A DNA stretch of 64,000 nucleotides from Octopus vulgaris (Eukaryota). The first letter of the stretch is position 1, and each line of letters opens with the position of its first letter. The stretch is taken from positions 22,754,001 to 22,818,000 of the forward strand of contig OX597833.1 of the NCBI GenBank assembly GCA_951406725.2, read 5' to 3'. The position numbers and the translations under genes are program-made. The notes beneath the pieces are model-generated. The model had not been told where the DNA came from. It searched no databases and saw only the letters and a list, made by a program, of their open reading frames with translations. Positions 28,230 to 40,650 of the stretch are shown in pieces.

Positions 28230-29330
28230 CATGCTCATATATATTTAAATGATAAACGTCTGGAAAGTTTTACAGAAATTTACAGTTCCAGTGATGGATT
28301 GGATCTGTAGTCTTCGAATTAGCTTTCTCCTTTATGGTTTTGAGAGTCCTAATTTCTCAAGATTGGTATTTAGGCAATGTGTTAGATATTCCAGGACCCC
28401 AATAATTACAGGTATAAACCTGAACTTGTAATCTGGATAGAGTAACTGCAGATTTCTCAATAGTTCAGCATAAGTTCTCTCTTTTTCACTGATCTTCAGC
28501 CTTATGTTAACATCCACTGGGTAGCTAATTTCCACAACTGTACACATTATATCATATCTGTTGCGCTTACATTTTATTGAGGTCTTCACTGGTACATTCC
28601 ACCAGTACTCCTTTTTATTATGAGTGGCTATGGCTTCTACCATATTGTGGGTTCTTATTTCTTTGTCCTCGGGATTATCCTTCCGATGGATTTCATTATA
28701 GAGTGTCCTAGCTACAACCTCATGTCTCATCAGTATGTATGTATGTATGTATGTATGTATGTATGTATGTATGTATGTATGTATGTACGTACGTACGCAT
28801 GATGCATGGATATGTTACTAGAAAGCTCCGTGATGATAGTAACATCGATCATCAAAGCAATTTATCATAGACCAATAGCCGGATTACTACCTCCCATTTT
28901 GAAGGGTATGTGTTTGCAATCCAGTAACAGCCAATATCAACTAAGTACCTGTTGCACAAAAGGGATAGAGATGCAGGTAAAGCCGCAAAGTGGGACAACC
29001 GATGCAGACTTTGTGGAGTTCACACTGAAGATATCACCCACATCATAAACAGTTGTCCGAAAATGTCATCACAGTATTATCTACCGAGGAGACATGATGT
29101 AGCTAGGACACTCTAAAATGAGCAAACGCATACCCTTGGGAGGTAGAAATCCGGCTATTGCTCCATGATAAGCTGCTTTGATGATCGATGTTACTATCAT
29201 CACAGAGCTTTCTAATAACATATCCATGAATAATCTTCTGCTCATATAGGCTCATCCTTTCATCTGATGATACGTTGCAGTAGAGTGTTGCTCAAGGAGC
29301 TGCCTTCTAACTCTTATGATGTTATCAGCC
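28230..29330. mobile_element. Rearranged RLE-type non-LTR retrotransposon fragments in (TATG)n
   Basis: Minus strand [10 protein letters not shown]...WWN...NRYDI...VEIS...IPVIIG (28332-28730); plus strand CRLCG..EDITHII.SCPKM...RRHD CCHC finger (~29000-29115); inverted copy 28806-28910 vs ~29122-29228. Confidence 0.7.
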
Positions 29331-29850
29331 TCATGTATGTATGTGTGTGCATGTATGTATGTGTGCATGTAGAATTTCTGCTGTTCGCTCAAATGAACCA
29401 CAGAGCTCATTGAATTAAAGTATAGAGAACTGAACATTCCATGGAGATCATCATCATCGTCGTCGTCGTCATCATCATTGGCATCATCATCATCGTTTAA
29501 CGCCCATCTTTCAAGCGAACATGGACCATTAACGAAATCTTCAAGTAGAATCAGCATTACACTGTATGTTGTAAGTCTGGGGTTTTGAATTACAAGTACA
29601 GTCCATCTGATGGGTTTCAACGCAGTTTCCGCCAATCCAAATTCATTCATAAGGCATGGCTTTATGGTAAAGATAAATGCCCAAGATTGGACGCAGTAGG
29701 ATCGAACCCGGGACCGTATGGTTACGAAGCAAACCAGTAACTCACTTAACCCGCCCACACACACACATACTTATCGACAGATTACGCGTGACGACAAAAT
29801 AGGTTGAAATAGAGGACTAGTGAACTTGGCGTCATTAAATTACGAAACCT

Positions 29851-30215
29851 AAGGCGGCGAGCTGGCAGAAACGTTAGCACGCCGGGCGAAATGCTTAGCG
29901 CTATTTCGTCTGTCTTTATGATCTGAGTTCAAATTCCACCGAGGTCGACTTTGCCTTTCATCCTTTCAGGGTCGATAAATTAAGTACCAGTTACGCACTG
30001 GAGTCGATGAAATCGACTTAGTCCCTTTGTCCTTGTTTGTTCCCTCTGTGTTAGAGCTATTTTGTCTGTCTTTATGTTCTGAGTTCAAATTCCACCGAGG
30101 TCGACTTTGCCTTTCATCCTTTCGGGGTCGATAAATTAAGTACCAGTTGCGTACTGGAGTCGATCCAATCGACTGGCCCCCTCCCCCAAAATTTCGGGCC
30201 TTGTGCCTAGAATAG
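29851..30215 (+). mobile_element. Dimeric AAGGCGGCGAGCTGG-family SINE
   Basis: Same family as the 7421 and 17774 copies, opposite strand. Confidence 0.8.
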
Positions 30216-31800
30216 AAAAAAAAAACAGGCTTCCCTGGGTGTTGGATAGTCCAAGGGAAACAACTCTTTCAGGCTTGACTGCAGGATCTTGCCGTAACCT
30301 TATTGGGCGAAGGTTAAAATTATGCATTAGATATCAATATTAAGTACCAAACTGAAATAAAATGACGTATGTGTAACCATAGCTAATAAATAACTAACTA
30401 TATAAATACACTACACAGTTTAAATAATGAAAAGGTGAGATATTATGATTAAAATAGTATTATAAAATTAGAACATAAAAACCAAAAAATAAACCTTAAA
30501 AGTAATAAAAATTGTATAAATTGAAAATGAACGAATAAATTAAATATTAACATCAAAAATTAAAATTCATGTTGAAAAATTAAAATGATAAAATTCAAAA
30601 TAGAAAATTATATAAAAAAACAAAGAAATCAAGGATTGAAAATTAAAATTAAATTAAAATAATTTTTTAGATAAAGGTAAAATAAAATATAAAATATATA
30701 AAAAACTAAAATGAAAAAAAAAAAGAAAAGAAAATGTAAAAAATATTAAAAAACTGAAATGAAAAATAAAATAGAGTATAAAATATATAAAAAATTGAAA
30801 TAAAAAATAAAAATATTTTTATATAAAATAACAATTAGAAAATGAATTAAAAATTCATGTTATAAATTTGAAAATTTAAGAATTCAAAAATTCTTTGTCT
30901 ATATACAAAATAAAAATTTATATATATATATATCGCACTGCCAGTCCAGGAATCGAAACCACGTTCTTGTGATCGTGAGTCAATACACTAAGCACTGGGC
31001 CACGCGCCTTCACACACACACACACGCACACACACACACACACACGTGTGTATGTGTGAGTGTATTTGTGTTTTAGTGAACGCGTGTCTCATTCACCCAA
31101 CGCTTGACAATCAAAGCTGGTTTGTTTTTCTTTCCGAAATTTACCAGTTCGGCAGAAGAGACCGATAGAATAAGTACCTAATACATAACAAGATCTCTAA
31201 GTACTGGGATCGATGTGTTCGACTAAAAACGTTATATTTTATACATCAACATTACCATTAATATTCTGAATATAGCAGAAATGAAAGAAATAAGAAATAA
31301 AAATTATAGTTTTAGAATAAGTTTTATTTACCTAATAAACTACATGCAACAGTAAATAAAGTAAAAATTAAATATTGTACTGTACTATACTTTGAAAAGC
31401 AACAATCTATGTTAGAGACAGTAGAAGCTTTCTTTCTTTTAATGACAATTAACTAATTAACACAAATCAGGACAAATTCTCTTCACGCGACTTTTTTTTT
31501 TTTTTTTTACGTGGGGAAGAGGTCGGAAGAGTTGAGAGTTCTGACTATCTGAGTATTGTGTGTCAGATAAAAGGGAGGTTATTGTATATATGTATTATAC
31601 TACTAGTGACAAATACAGCTCTCGCTTGAACCATTGAAGAAGCCTCTACGCAGTCGCTAAACCAGCTAGAAATAGCAAGCAAATCACTCTCAAATTACAG
31701 CCCTTTGTCAGGACAACGTGTGTGTATGTATGTATGTATGTATGTATGTATGTATGTATATGTGTGTGTATGTATGTGTGTATGTATGTATGTATGTATG

Positions 31801-31873
<73 letters not shown>

Positions 31874-32059
31874 GTTGATGCAAATAGGAAGAATGGAACT
31901 CAGAAAATGAGTGTATGTATGTTTTTATTAATATTTAGCAGATATAACACAGCGATTCAAGGTCCGTGGCTTTCGTGCATTGTTACTTATCAAACTTTGA
32001 TAAATGTCAAAGTATGACACTCTCAAACGTTAAGCCACTCTGTTACTTCTGCTAATTAT

Positions 32060-32139
<80 letters not shown>

Positions 32140-32140
<1 letters not shown>

Positions 32141-33451
32141 ATCATCATCATCATCATCATCATCGTTTAACGTCCGCTTTCCATGCTAGCATGGGTTGGA
32201 CGGTTCGACTGGGGTCTGGGTAGCCCGAAGGCTGCACCAGGCCAGTCAGATCTGGCAGTGTTTCTACACATGGATGCCCTTCCTAACGCCAACCACTCCG
32301 AGAGTGTTGTGGGTGATTTTATGTGCCACCGACACAGGTGCCAGACGAGGCTGGCAGACGGCCACGCTCGGATGGTGTTTTTATGTGCCACCGACACAGG
32401 TGCCAGACGAGCCTGGCAGACGGCCACGCTCGGATGGTGTTTTTATGTGCCACCGACACAGGTGCCAGACGAGGCTGGCAGACGGCCACGCTCGGATGGT
32501 GTTTTTATGTGCCACCGACACAGGTGCCAGACGAGGCTGGCAGACGGCCACGCTCGGACGGTGTTTGTTACGTGCCCACAGCACGGAGGCCAGTCGATGC
32601 GGTACTGGCTACGGTCCCGTTCGGATGGTTTTCTTATGTGCCACCGGCACTGGTACCACAAGGATACAAATTCCATTGATGTTCATCTATTTGATTTGGT
32701 TTGACTTGATTCGATTTGACTTTGATTTGATTTGCCTCAACAGGTCTTCTCAAGTGTCACAAGCAGGAAGGTATGCACAGGCGGACTGACTACGTCCCAG
32801 GTAGGGGCCACGGGTTATGGCTTCACTAGTCTTGCCGGGTCTTCTCACGCACAGCATACTTCCATAGGTCTCGGTCTCTGGTCATTTCCATGGTGAGACC
32901 TAATGTTCGAAGGTCGTGCTTCACCACCTCGTCCCAGGTTTTCCTGGGTCTACCTCTTCCACGGGTTCCCTCAACTGCTAGGGATTGGCACTTTCTCACA
33001 CACCTATCTTCATCCATTCTCGCCACATGACCATACCATCGCAATCGTCTCTCTTGCACGCAACAACTGATGCTTCTTAGGTACAACATTTCTCTTAGGG
33101 AACTAACACTCTGTCGAGCAAGTACACTGACATTACACATCCATCGGAGCATACTGGCTTCATTCCTCATGAGCTTACGCATGTCCTCAGCAGTCACGGC
33201 CCATGTTTCACTGCCATGTAGCATGGCAGTTCGAATACATGCATCATACAGTCTGCCCTTTACTCTGAGTGAGAGGCCTTTAGTCACCAGCAGAGGTAAG
33301 AGCTCCCTAAACTTTGTCCCAGGCTATTCTTATTCTAGCAGTTACACTCTCAGCGCACCCACCCCCACTACTGACTTGGTCACCTAGATAACGGAAGCTA
33401 TCAACTACTTCTAATTTTTCCCCCTGGAAAGTGACGGAAGTTGTTTTCTGC
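32140..33451 (-). mobile_element. 5'-truncated copy of the RTE LINE at 40651-44421
   Basis: C-terminal ORF 32826-33287 is nearly identical to the end of the 41756 ORF; shared 3' terminus ...ggacgttaaac(gat)n; 4x 62-bp repeat at ~32317-32562; flanked by (TCTA)n. Confidence 0.92.
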
Positions 33452-34696
33452 ATCTATCTATCTATCTATCTAAAGAGAAGGTAATTTGTTGGAACGCCTC
33501 TGATCATGAGGTTTGTTCAATTAAGGCTGACGGTGAGGTTAAATTTAAAAAAGCACAACAACAGCAGCATTTTATTTGAATCTGTATTAACTGTGATGTC
33601 GGGAAATGATTAAACAAGCATTGAGAGACCATTGTTGACCTTTTCCTTTATGGAATTTCATTTGTAATGTTTTGTCAATGTAACTGGATTTCACGTTTCC
33701 TTTTATATATTCGTGAAAGACAAATAAATGTTATACACTATTGAATATTTGTTTGCATTATGTTTTAAATAACTTAATTATCACCACTATAACTCGTCGT
33801 TTGCAACAAGTTATTTGTCATTTTATGTTGACATAATTTGTCAGTTGTCATTATAACATGTCAATTACCACAACTTGTCAATTGTCGTTTGTTGTTTCAG
33901 CTTATCTACTGTAAAAAATTGCCAGTTGTTGTTTATAACTTAGTTGTTATGGCGCTACTTTGGCGTGTGATCAACAAAAGAGATTACTTTAGGTTACTTT
34001 TTAGTTTATTTTTCAATTTCTAAAAACCCGTAAGATTACTATTACAATGTGTTATTCATAATTTGTCAATTATAACTGGTCACATGCTATTAACTGCATT
34101 TTCCAGCATATGAATCGAATTTTTCAGACCAAAATGTACAACCAATAGATCGGTAGGTGGACTTATACACCAAGACGGCTATGAAAGGCAAAAAGTCCCA
34201 TGTAAAGTGTAGCAGGACTTGGAAAGGTAGTGATGACTAACTGTATGTATGCTGGAAAACATGGTATAACAGTGTTTACACCTTGTCTTTATAATCTTGC
34301 ATTTTGTAACTTATTCATTTCAATTATTAATTACTTGTCTAAGGCGAGCTGGTAGAATCGATATCATGCCGGACAAACTGCTTAGCGGCATTTAGATCGG
34401 GAGTTCAAATTCTACAGAAGTCAACTTTGCTTTCATTCTTTCGGGGCCGATAAAAACAAGCTCCAGTTGAGCACCTCTCCCCAAAATTGCTGGCCTCGTG
34501 CCTTTAGCACAAAAAATTAATTACTTGTATTATAACTTATTGGTTATAATTTATCACTTAGGGCTTGTAGGTTCTCATAATTCTTTGTTTACAATTTGTC
34601 AGTAGCCATATAATCACTTGTTCATCAACTTATTACATCTATACTGCGTTAAATTTATAAACAAGTTAGCCTATATATAATAATAATAATAATAAT

Positions 34697-34752
<56 letters not shown>

Positions 34753-35421
34753 TAATTGTGTACAGTGCTCAGGTGCACTACAACTCATCTAAAGTGTATA
34801 TATAATCAGGTGTAGTTTCGGCAGATTTCGGAAAGCATGAGGGCCTTAAAGGATCTTGGACTATATCAGGCCCAGGTAATAAAGGAACTTCTAGGTAGTC
34901 GTTAGATATCCAAGAGATAGAAACCAAATCTCCCTCAAATCACACAGCAGTTTTAAAAAAATGGACTCATCGAATAATGTGGTTTGACTTGCGTTGTTAA
35001 AAATTGATGACGACAGCCTTTGGTCATATGCCTCGCGAATCGGGTCGGATCTGGGACTAAATAACAACAATGGCGGCGGCAGCAACAATAGCAGCAGCAG
35101 CAGCAACAGCAGCCGTCCAAGAATTTAGACCTTGAGATCTCCATTTCCAGCGACTTCGAGGGCCACATCCCAGTGGTGTCGGGCGTCAACGAAGAGCCCT
35201 CGACTATAACAAGATGACCAAAGTTTTTGTTTTCTTCAAGGTCTGGGGTCTCCCGCCCCTAATCCCTAGACCATCACCTAATCATCCTTACCCGTCTTGT
35301 TGCTTAACAACAACAACAACAACAACAACAAGTAGGCTGTTGAACTAACCTTCTGAGTGTAGGTCAACTGCTAGGGAAACATGCATAAACATATCTTTAG
35401 ATACAGTAATATTGTCCATCT

Positions 35422-35816
35422 AAAGGCGGCGAGCTGGAAGAATCGTTAGCACACCGGACAAAATGCTTAGCGGCATTAAATCCGTCTTTACGTTCTGAGT
35501 TTAAATGCCACCGAGGTCGACTTTGTCTTTCATCCTTTTGGGGTCGATTAAATAAATATCGCGAACCTGCTGGCATTGTGCCAAAATTTGATACCAATAT
35601 TCTTTTCTACTCTAGGCACAAGACCCGAAATTTTAGGGTAGAGGACCAGTCGATTAGATCGACCCCAGTACGCAACTGGTACTTAATTTATCGACCCTGA
35701 AAGGATGAAAGGCAAAGTCAACCTCGGCGGAATTTAAACTCAGAATGTAAAGACAGACGAAATAGCGCTAAGCATTTCGCCCGGCGTGCTAACGTTTCTG
35801 CCGGCTGGCTGCCTTA
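35422..35816. mobile_element. Two AAGGCGGCGAGCTGG-family SINEs in inverted, tail-to-tail orientation
   Basis: Plus copy 35422-~35597; minus copy ~35600-35816. Confidence 0.8.
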
Positions 35817-38196
35817 TTTGAAATGAATATTTCTCCATCGATGTGTTAGTGTGTGAAACACTTCCAGTAGAACATTACATAATTGTTTGGATATAAGGGA
35901 GCTAATTCCTCCATCCACATTTTTCGGAGCCATATTATTTCTGTCAACTTTAATATAATTCTAAATATGCAGTAAATAAGTAAAAAATAAATGCATTCGA
36001 TATTTTACTTCATAATTTAAGTATTTTCTCGCGGGAGCGGGAGCGCGATCAAACAGTCCACATTGACAGGAAATTGAGCGACAATCAGCATTACATAACT
36101 AAGATAACATATATAATTGAGAAAATATATGGCTAAGAAATATAATTAATTGTGAATATCTGACTGAAATGGCTGTCATTTTTACGTCACTCTCTTGGTA
36201 GGTGTAGACAATAAACATATATAATGTTACTCCATAATGGGGAAAGGTGCAAGTTTCGTATTTAACCGGGGGAAAATTAACTTCAAAAGTAGAAGAAAAT
36301 GTTTGATCTCATATTTACAGAAGATATTTTATCTCATAAAACTCCGCAGCTCTTCAAGCAATGTAGCAGGAACAAAAATATATAAGTCTTCAAAACGGAA
36401 GAGTATTAAATTTCAGGCACTTGGTTGATCAACGAATAGATTAATATTGGAATTGATAATGGAATGCTAAATGTCATTTACAACTGCACATCTGCCCTGG
36501 AAAATGGATAACAATGGAAAGAAACAGAACAGAAATCAAACGTAGAAAACAGGAAATGATAAGCTTTCATATAAGTATCATATTTGTTATAGAAAAGCAA
36601 TTTGCTTAAATCAATATATTCGCATTGTACACTGATAGTTGCCTGGTATTCCGACATTTGCCTGATACTTTGATAGTCATCTTACGAAGCAGTCAACACT
36701 GAAACAGCACGTCTTTGCATCCGCCGTTCGTTGGTGCTTCCCTACACCTGGCGGATGACCCTCTTTGCACCACTCAGGCGACAACCCTTCAACCTATAGT
36801 TCTATTTGGGTAGTCGTTGCTGGTGAGGGTCTTACGAGCTCCGAGTGCAAAACCTATCTCTCGTAGTCACCTTTTACGACGCGCAGAAGAAACGTTGGGT
36901 TTATTCTTTGACATAATGGGCCTCACACAGCATTAGAGAAAGGTGAAATAAAGTGTTTTACTCAAGAACGCAACAAACCGCCCGGTCCAGGAATCGAACC
37001 TACGATCTGACGATCGTGAGTGCAACATCTAGCCACTTGGCCACGTGAAGAATGACATGGGAAAAATACATCGGGGATACTCGCTCCATAAAAAGTTAGT
37101 TGTAATATAAACCAAATGTTTTTTATAACTTAATTCAAATTCCAAATTTAATGACGGGAATAGTAATTTTCTAAATAACTAACTCTGGTTTTTAAAAAAT
37201 ATAGGAGCGGGAGACGTGTTGATATTTTAATTAATCAAAATAAATAAAATAAAATAAAAGCCTCTCGACAAGTTTCGGTTGTATTAGACCTTATCATTCT
37301 AACCGTTGTCGTTGTACCTTAATAGAAAATTGTATAGTTTTTTTTTCACGAATGAATACTGAGTAGCGTAATATTTTTAAAGAGATTTTATTTACACTCT
37401 GTGACAGTGTCCTTTAAAGGGGTTACAACATAACTTTCGTAATGAGTGACCACTGGTAAATAATTCGTGAAGTCTCAGGCATCGTACTACTGCCACTTCG
37501 TTAATCCTGATATCGTTACGTGGTTGAATACTTCTCCCTTTGAAGAGTCCTTTACTATTTTAAGCATTTCTTACGCTAAAAATATTTTACTTTGAAGTTC
37601 ATATCATCTCTGTGTAGAGGTATTGTGTGTTGGTGTGAAGCTGAAGCAAAAGTGTTTTAAAAAAGTGAAATTATTTGGTGAAAAACGAAATCTTTCTAAA
37701 GCGGACTCGTCAAATGATGGCAATCCCGAGTTTCCTGGTTCAGGGGAGATAAATTCTTATTCATTCGATTAACTTCTCTCCCTTGGACTTTTGATGGTAA
37801 TGGTTAACCGGTGCTGGTGAAGATGAAGGTGGTGGGATTTGAACTCAGAATGTAAAGAACTGGAAGAAACGCCACAAAGTATTTTCTCCAAAGCATCAAC
37901 GATTCTGATAATAACACGATGTGATACAATCTACACACATGCACCCAAATCACACACATGCATACACACGTGCACTTACAGCTCTGCACTGATTGATTTA
38001 ATTTACTCTGAATTTGCTTAGACAAATAACAAAGAAAGAAAGTCGGACAGAAGGAAAGAAGGAAGAAAGGAAGGAAGGTAACGTAGTGAAATGAAATGCT
38101 GAGCGAAGAATAAAAATGTGGTTGGATGCCAACACAGTAATAATGGAGAGAAATATTGTGTGTTTGACTCTGCCTGCTGAATATTTATATATGTAA

Positions 38197-38584
38197 CTAG
38201 CAGTATCGCCCGGCGTTGCTCGGGTTTGTAAGGGAAATAACTATATAAGCATTTTATAGCCAAAAAAGAGCAAAAAAATGCATTAAAAATGGAAAAAAAA
38301 TTATGGTAAATTTTTTTTAAATCGTTGACTCATCGTAGACACTTTTAGAGAGTTACTTCCCTTATATAATAGCGAAAAAATGCATTAAAATGGAAAAAAA
38401 TGATGGTAAATTATTTTTAAAATCGCAGACTCATCGTAGACGCGCGCTAATACCCAGAAGGGCTCGATATGAATCACGACTATAAGATACCCGGTTTTGG
38501 TTAAACTGCACTGCAAAATGTGGGAGTAGTTAGGAATCTAAATCGTAGGAGACAGACACACAACTTCACTTTTATATATAAAGA
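38197..38584 (-). mobile_element. Non-autonomous Helitron-like element
   Basis: Minus strand starts TC(tttatatataaaag), ends with hairpin cccgagcaacgccggg + gatactgCTAG, and sits between A and T; internal ~110-bp duplication. Confidence 0.75.
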
Positions 38585-40034
38585 TGTAAACAATACTATG
38601 AGATAAATACAGAGACTCTGTGTAGACGTCCGATCTGCTAGAAATAGCAGTCAAATCTCCACTGTCTCTAAAGTCATGTCTATTACCTTAATGAAAGGAT
38701 AAAACTGAATAATGTTGTTCATGATATACAAAAAGGGATGATGTTCATGACAGGAAATATTGTTGATCACATGACCCGGGGTTAAACAACAACATTATCA
38801 ATACATATGTGTGTAGTTCTTAGTCATTTTGTCAAAAGTAATGCTTATTTATTCCTATTGTTTTGAATTAATCCTAAATTATCTCTTAGCTTCAAGATTT
38901 CAATGATGCAATTACTTATTTTTAGAACAACATTGTAGGGTAGGTGTGAGAGGCCGATTCTGGCTGTTTTAAACATAAAACAATATTTGGATTGGATGCA
39001 TATGGTTGGATTAAATGCTAAAATGTTTTTAAAAAATGGATTTCAACATGTTGCTATATGCACTGTATTAGAGTGCTAAGCAAGAGGCTTAATTTATTTC
39101 AGCTCAGTCTGTTGGTCTGATAACAGTTGCCATTCCCACTTCATTTTTGTTTTGTTGCTGTAGTCCTTGTTTAGTGCAAATTTCAGTCTGGATCCACAAA
39201 GCCTAGGATCAAAGGCATTCCATCCATGACCATCTGTCTTTTTTGTTGTTGTTGTTGTTTTGCACATGTATATCTAGGATTACATTATCCACTGTATCCT
39301 TCTTTTAAGATGACAAGATGTGATTTGAGGGAGATTTGGTCATTATTTTTAGCAGGTAATGTAACCACATAGAAGTTCCTTCACTGTAATTTTGCTCTAT
39401 TTCAGCCCTGTGTTGAGAAGACCCATAATCAAAAGCAATCTAACCATGACTATCCTATTATTTTGTATATTTAAGACTGACAAACATGTCCTTCTCATTT
39501 ATGTGTGATTTATAGGAGATTTCACTATTGCTAGCAGATTGAGCAACCATATAAAAGCCCACACACTGTTACTTGTTATAACGAGGTCCTCTAAAAGTGA
39601 TCTTACAAGGTGAGATAAGATTTCATTAAGGTTGCCATGAGAAAATGTACCCAGCACACTCTGTAAAGTAGTTGGTGATAGGAATGGCATCCAAACCTAA
39701 TAACACATACAGTCACCGGTCTTTGGGTGTTGTAGCTCCCAGTAAGAAATGACTTAGTACTAATGACCCATCCAACCCATGCCAGCATGGAAAGTAGATT
39801 TAAAGGGTATTTTTAGGGTGGGGTGGGGGCATCAGATATTCACAGGCCTCTGTTTATAGATCAGAGTCCAAAACTGATGTACTTGGCTGAAAACTCATTT
39901 CTCCAAGCTCTGCCAATAACATATATATATATATATTGATAAAACGGTAAGATAACAAAAGAAAGAAAGAGACCTCAATATTATGTAAATAGAGGAAATT
40001 TATCTATACAATATGTTACATTACTCGGTAGTCA

Positions 40035-40097
40035 AGATAAAACTCTGAGTTTCAGATGCCGAAGTGGAAATCCACAACATCATCTCTTCGGTTATCT
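40035..40097 (-). ncRNA. Type I hammerhead-like motif with CCGAAGA core
   Basis: Minus strand AGAUAA-CCGAAGA-GAU-GAUGUUG...CGGCAUC-U-GAAACUCAGAGUU-UUAUCU; stem I of 6 bp, near-palindromic stem III. Confidence 0.55.
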
Positions 40098-40650
40098 GGC
40101 TATTTGAAAACGTTATGAAAAAATACTGTTAAATAAAGGGAAATTACTCTGTTATAACTCTGCTTGCCTGCGTACTTATACATCGCTCGCATTTTTCGTC
40201 ATAAAAATTATATAAAAATACATAAAAAATAAATAAAAAATATATAAATTCTTCTTGGGACATAACATAGAAAACAGATAGAACATGCTTCTGGGGTCAA
40301 TCTCTTTGACTAAAACCCTTTAAGGCAGCGCTCCAACACGGCTGCATTCAAATGAATGACTGAAACAAGTAAAACAATAAAAGAAAGTATATCTATCTGT
40401 CTATCTATCTAATATGTATTTCTATATATATTATTATGATTATTATTATTTTTCTAAATCTCTCAAAGAGAAACATTCAGTAATAGGTCTTTAGAGTAAA
40501 GGCTATTTGCCAACATAATGTGGCTGTCCTGGAAGAGGCAATGTTACTGTTATTTCTAGCTGGCTATACAACACAGTATCTGTGTCCTTATATTTTCGAA
40601 CAGGGAGTTCAGCACTCCCATCCAGTGCAATATATATATATATATATATA

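Noticed and set aside
30400-30920. Extremely A-rich tract
   Set aside because: Low complexity with no periodicity or coding signal that I can support.
32167-32789. Repetitive ORFs and CRISPR-like periodicity
   Set aside because: 62-bp tandem units with no unique spacers, inside a LINE 3' UTR; no cas genes and a eukaryotic context.
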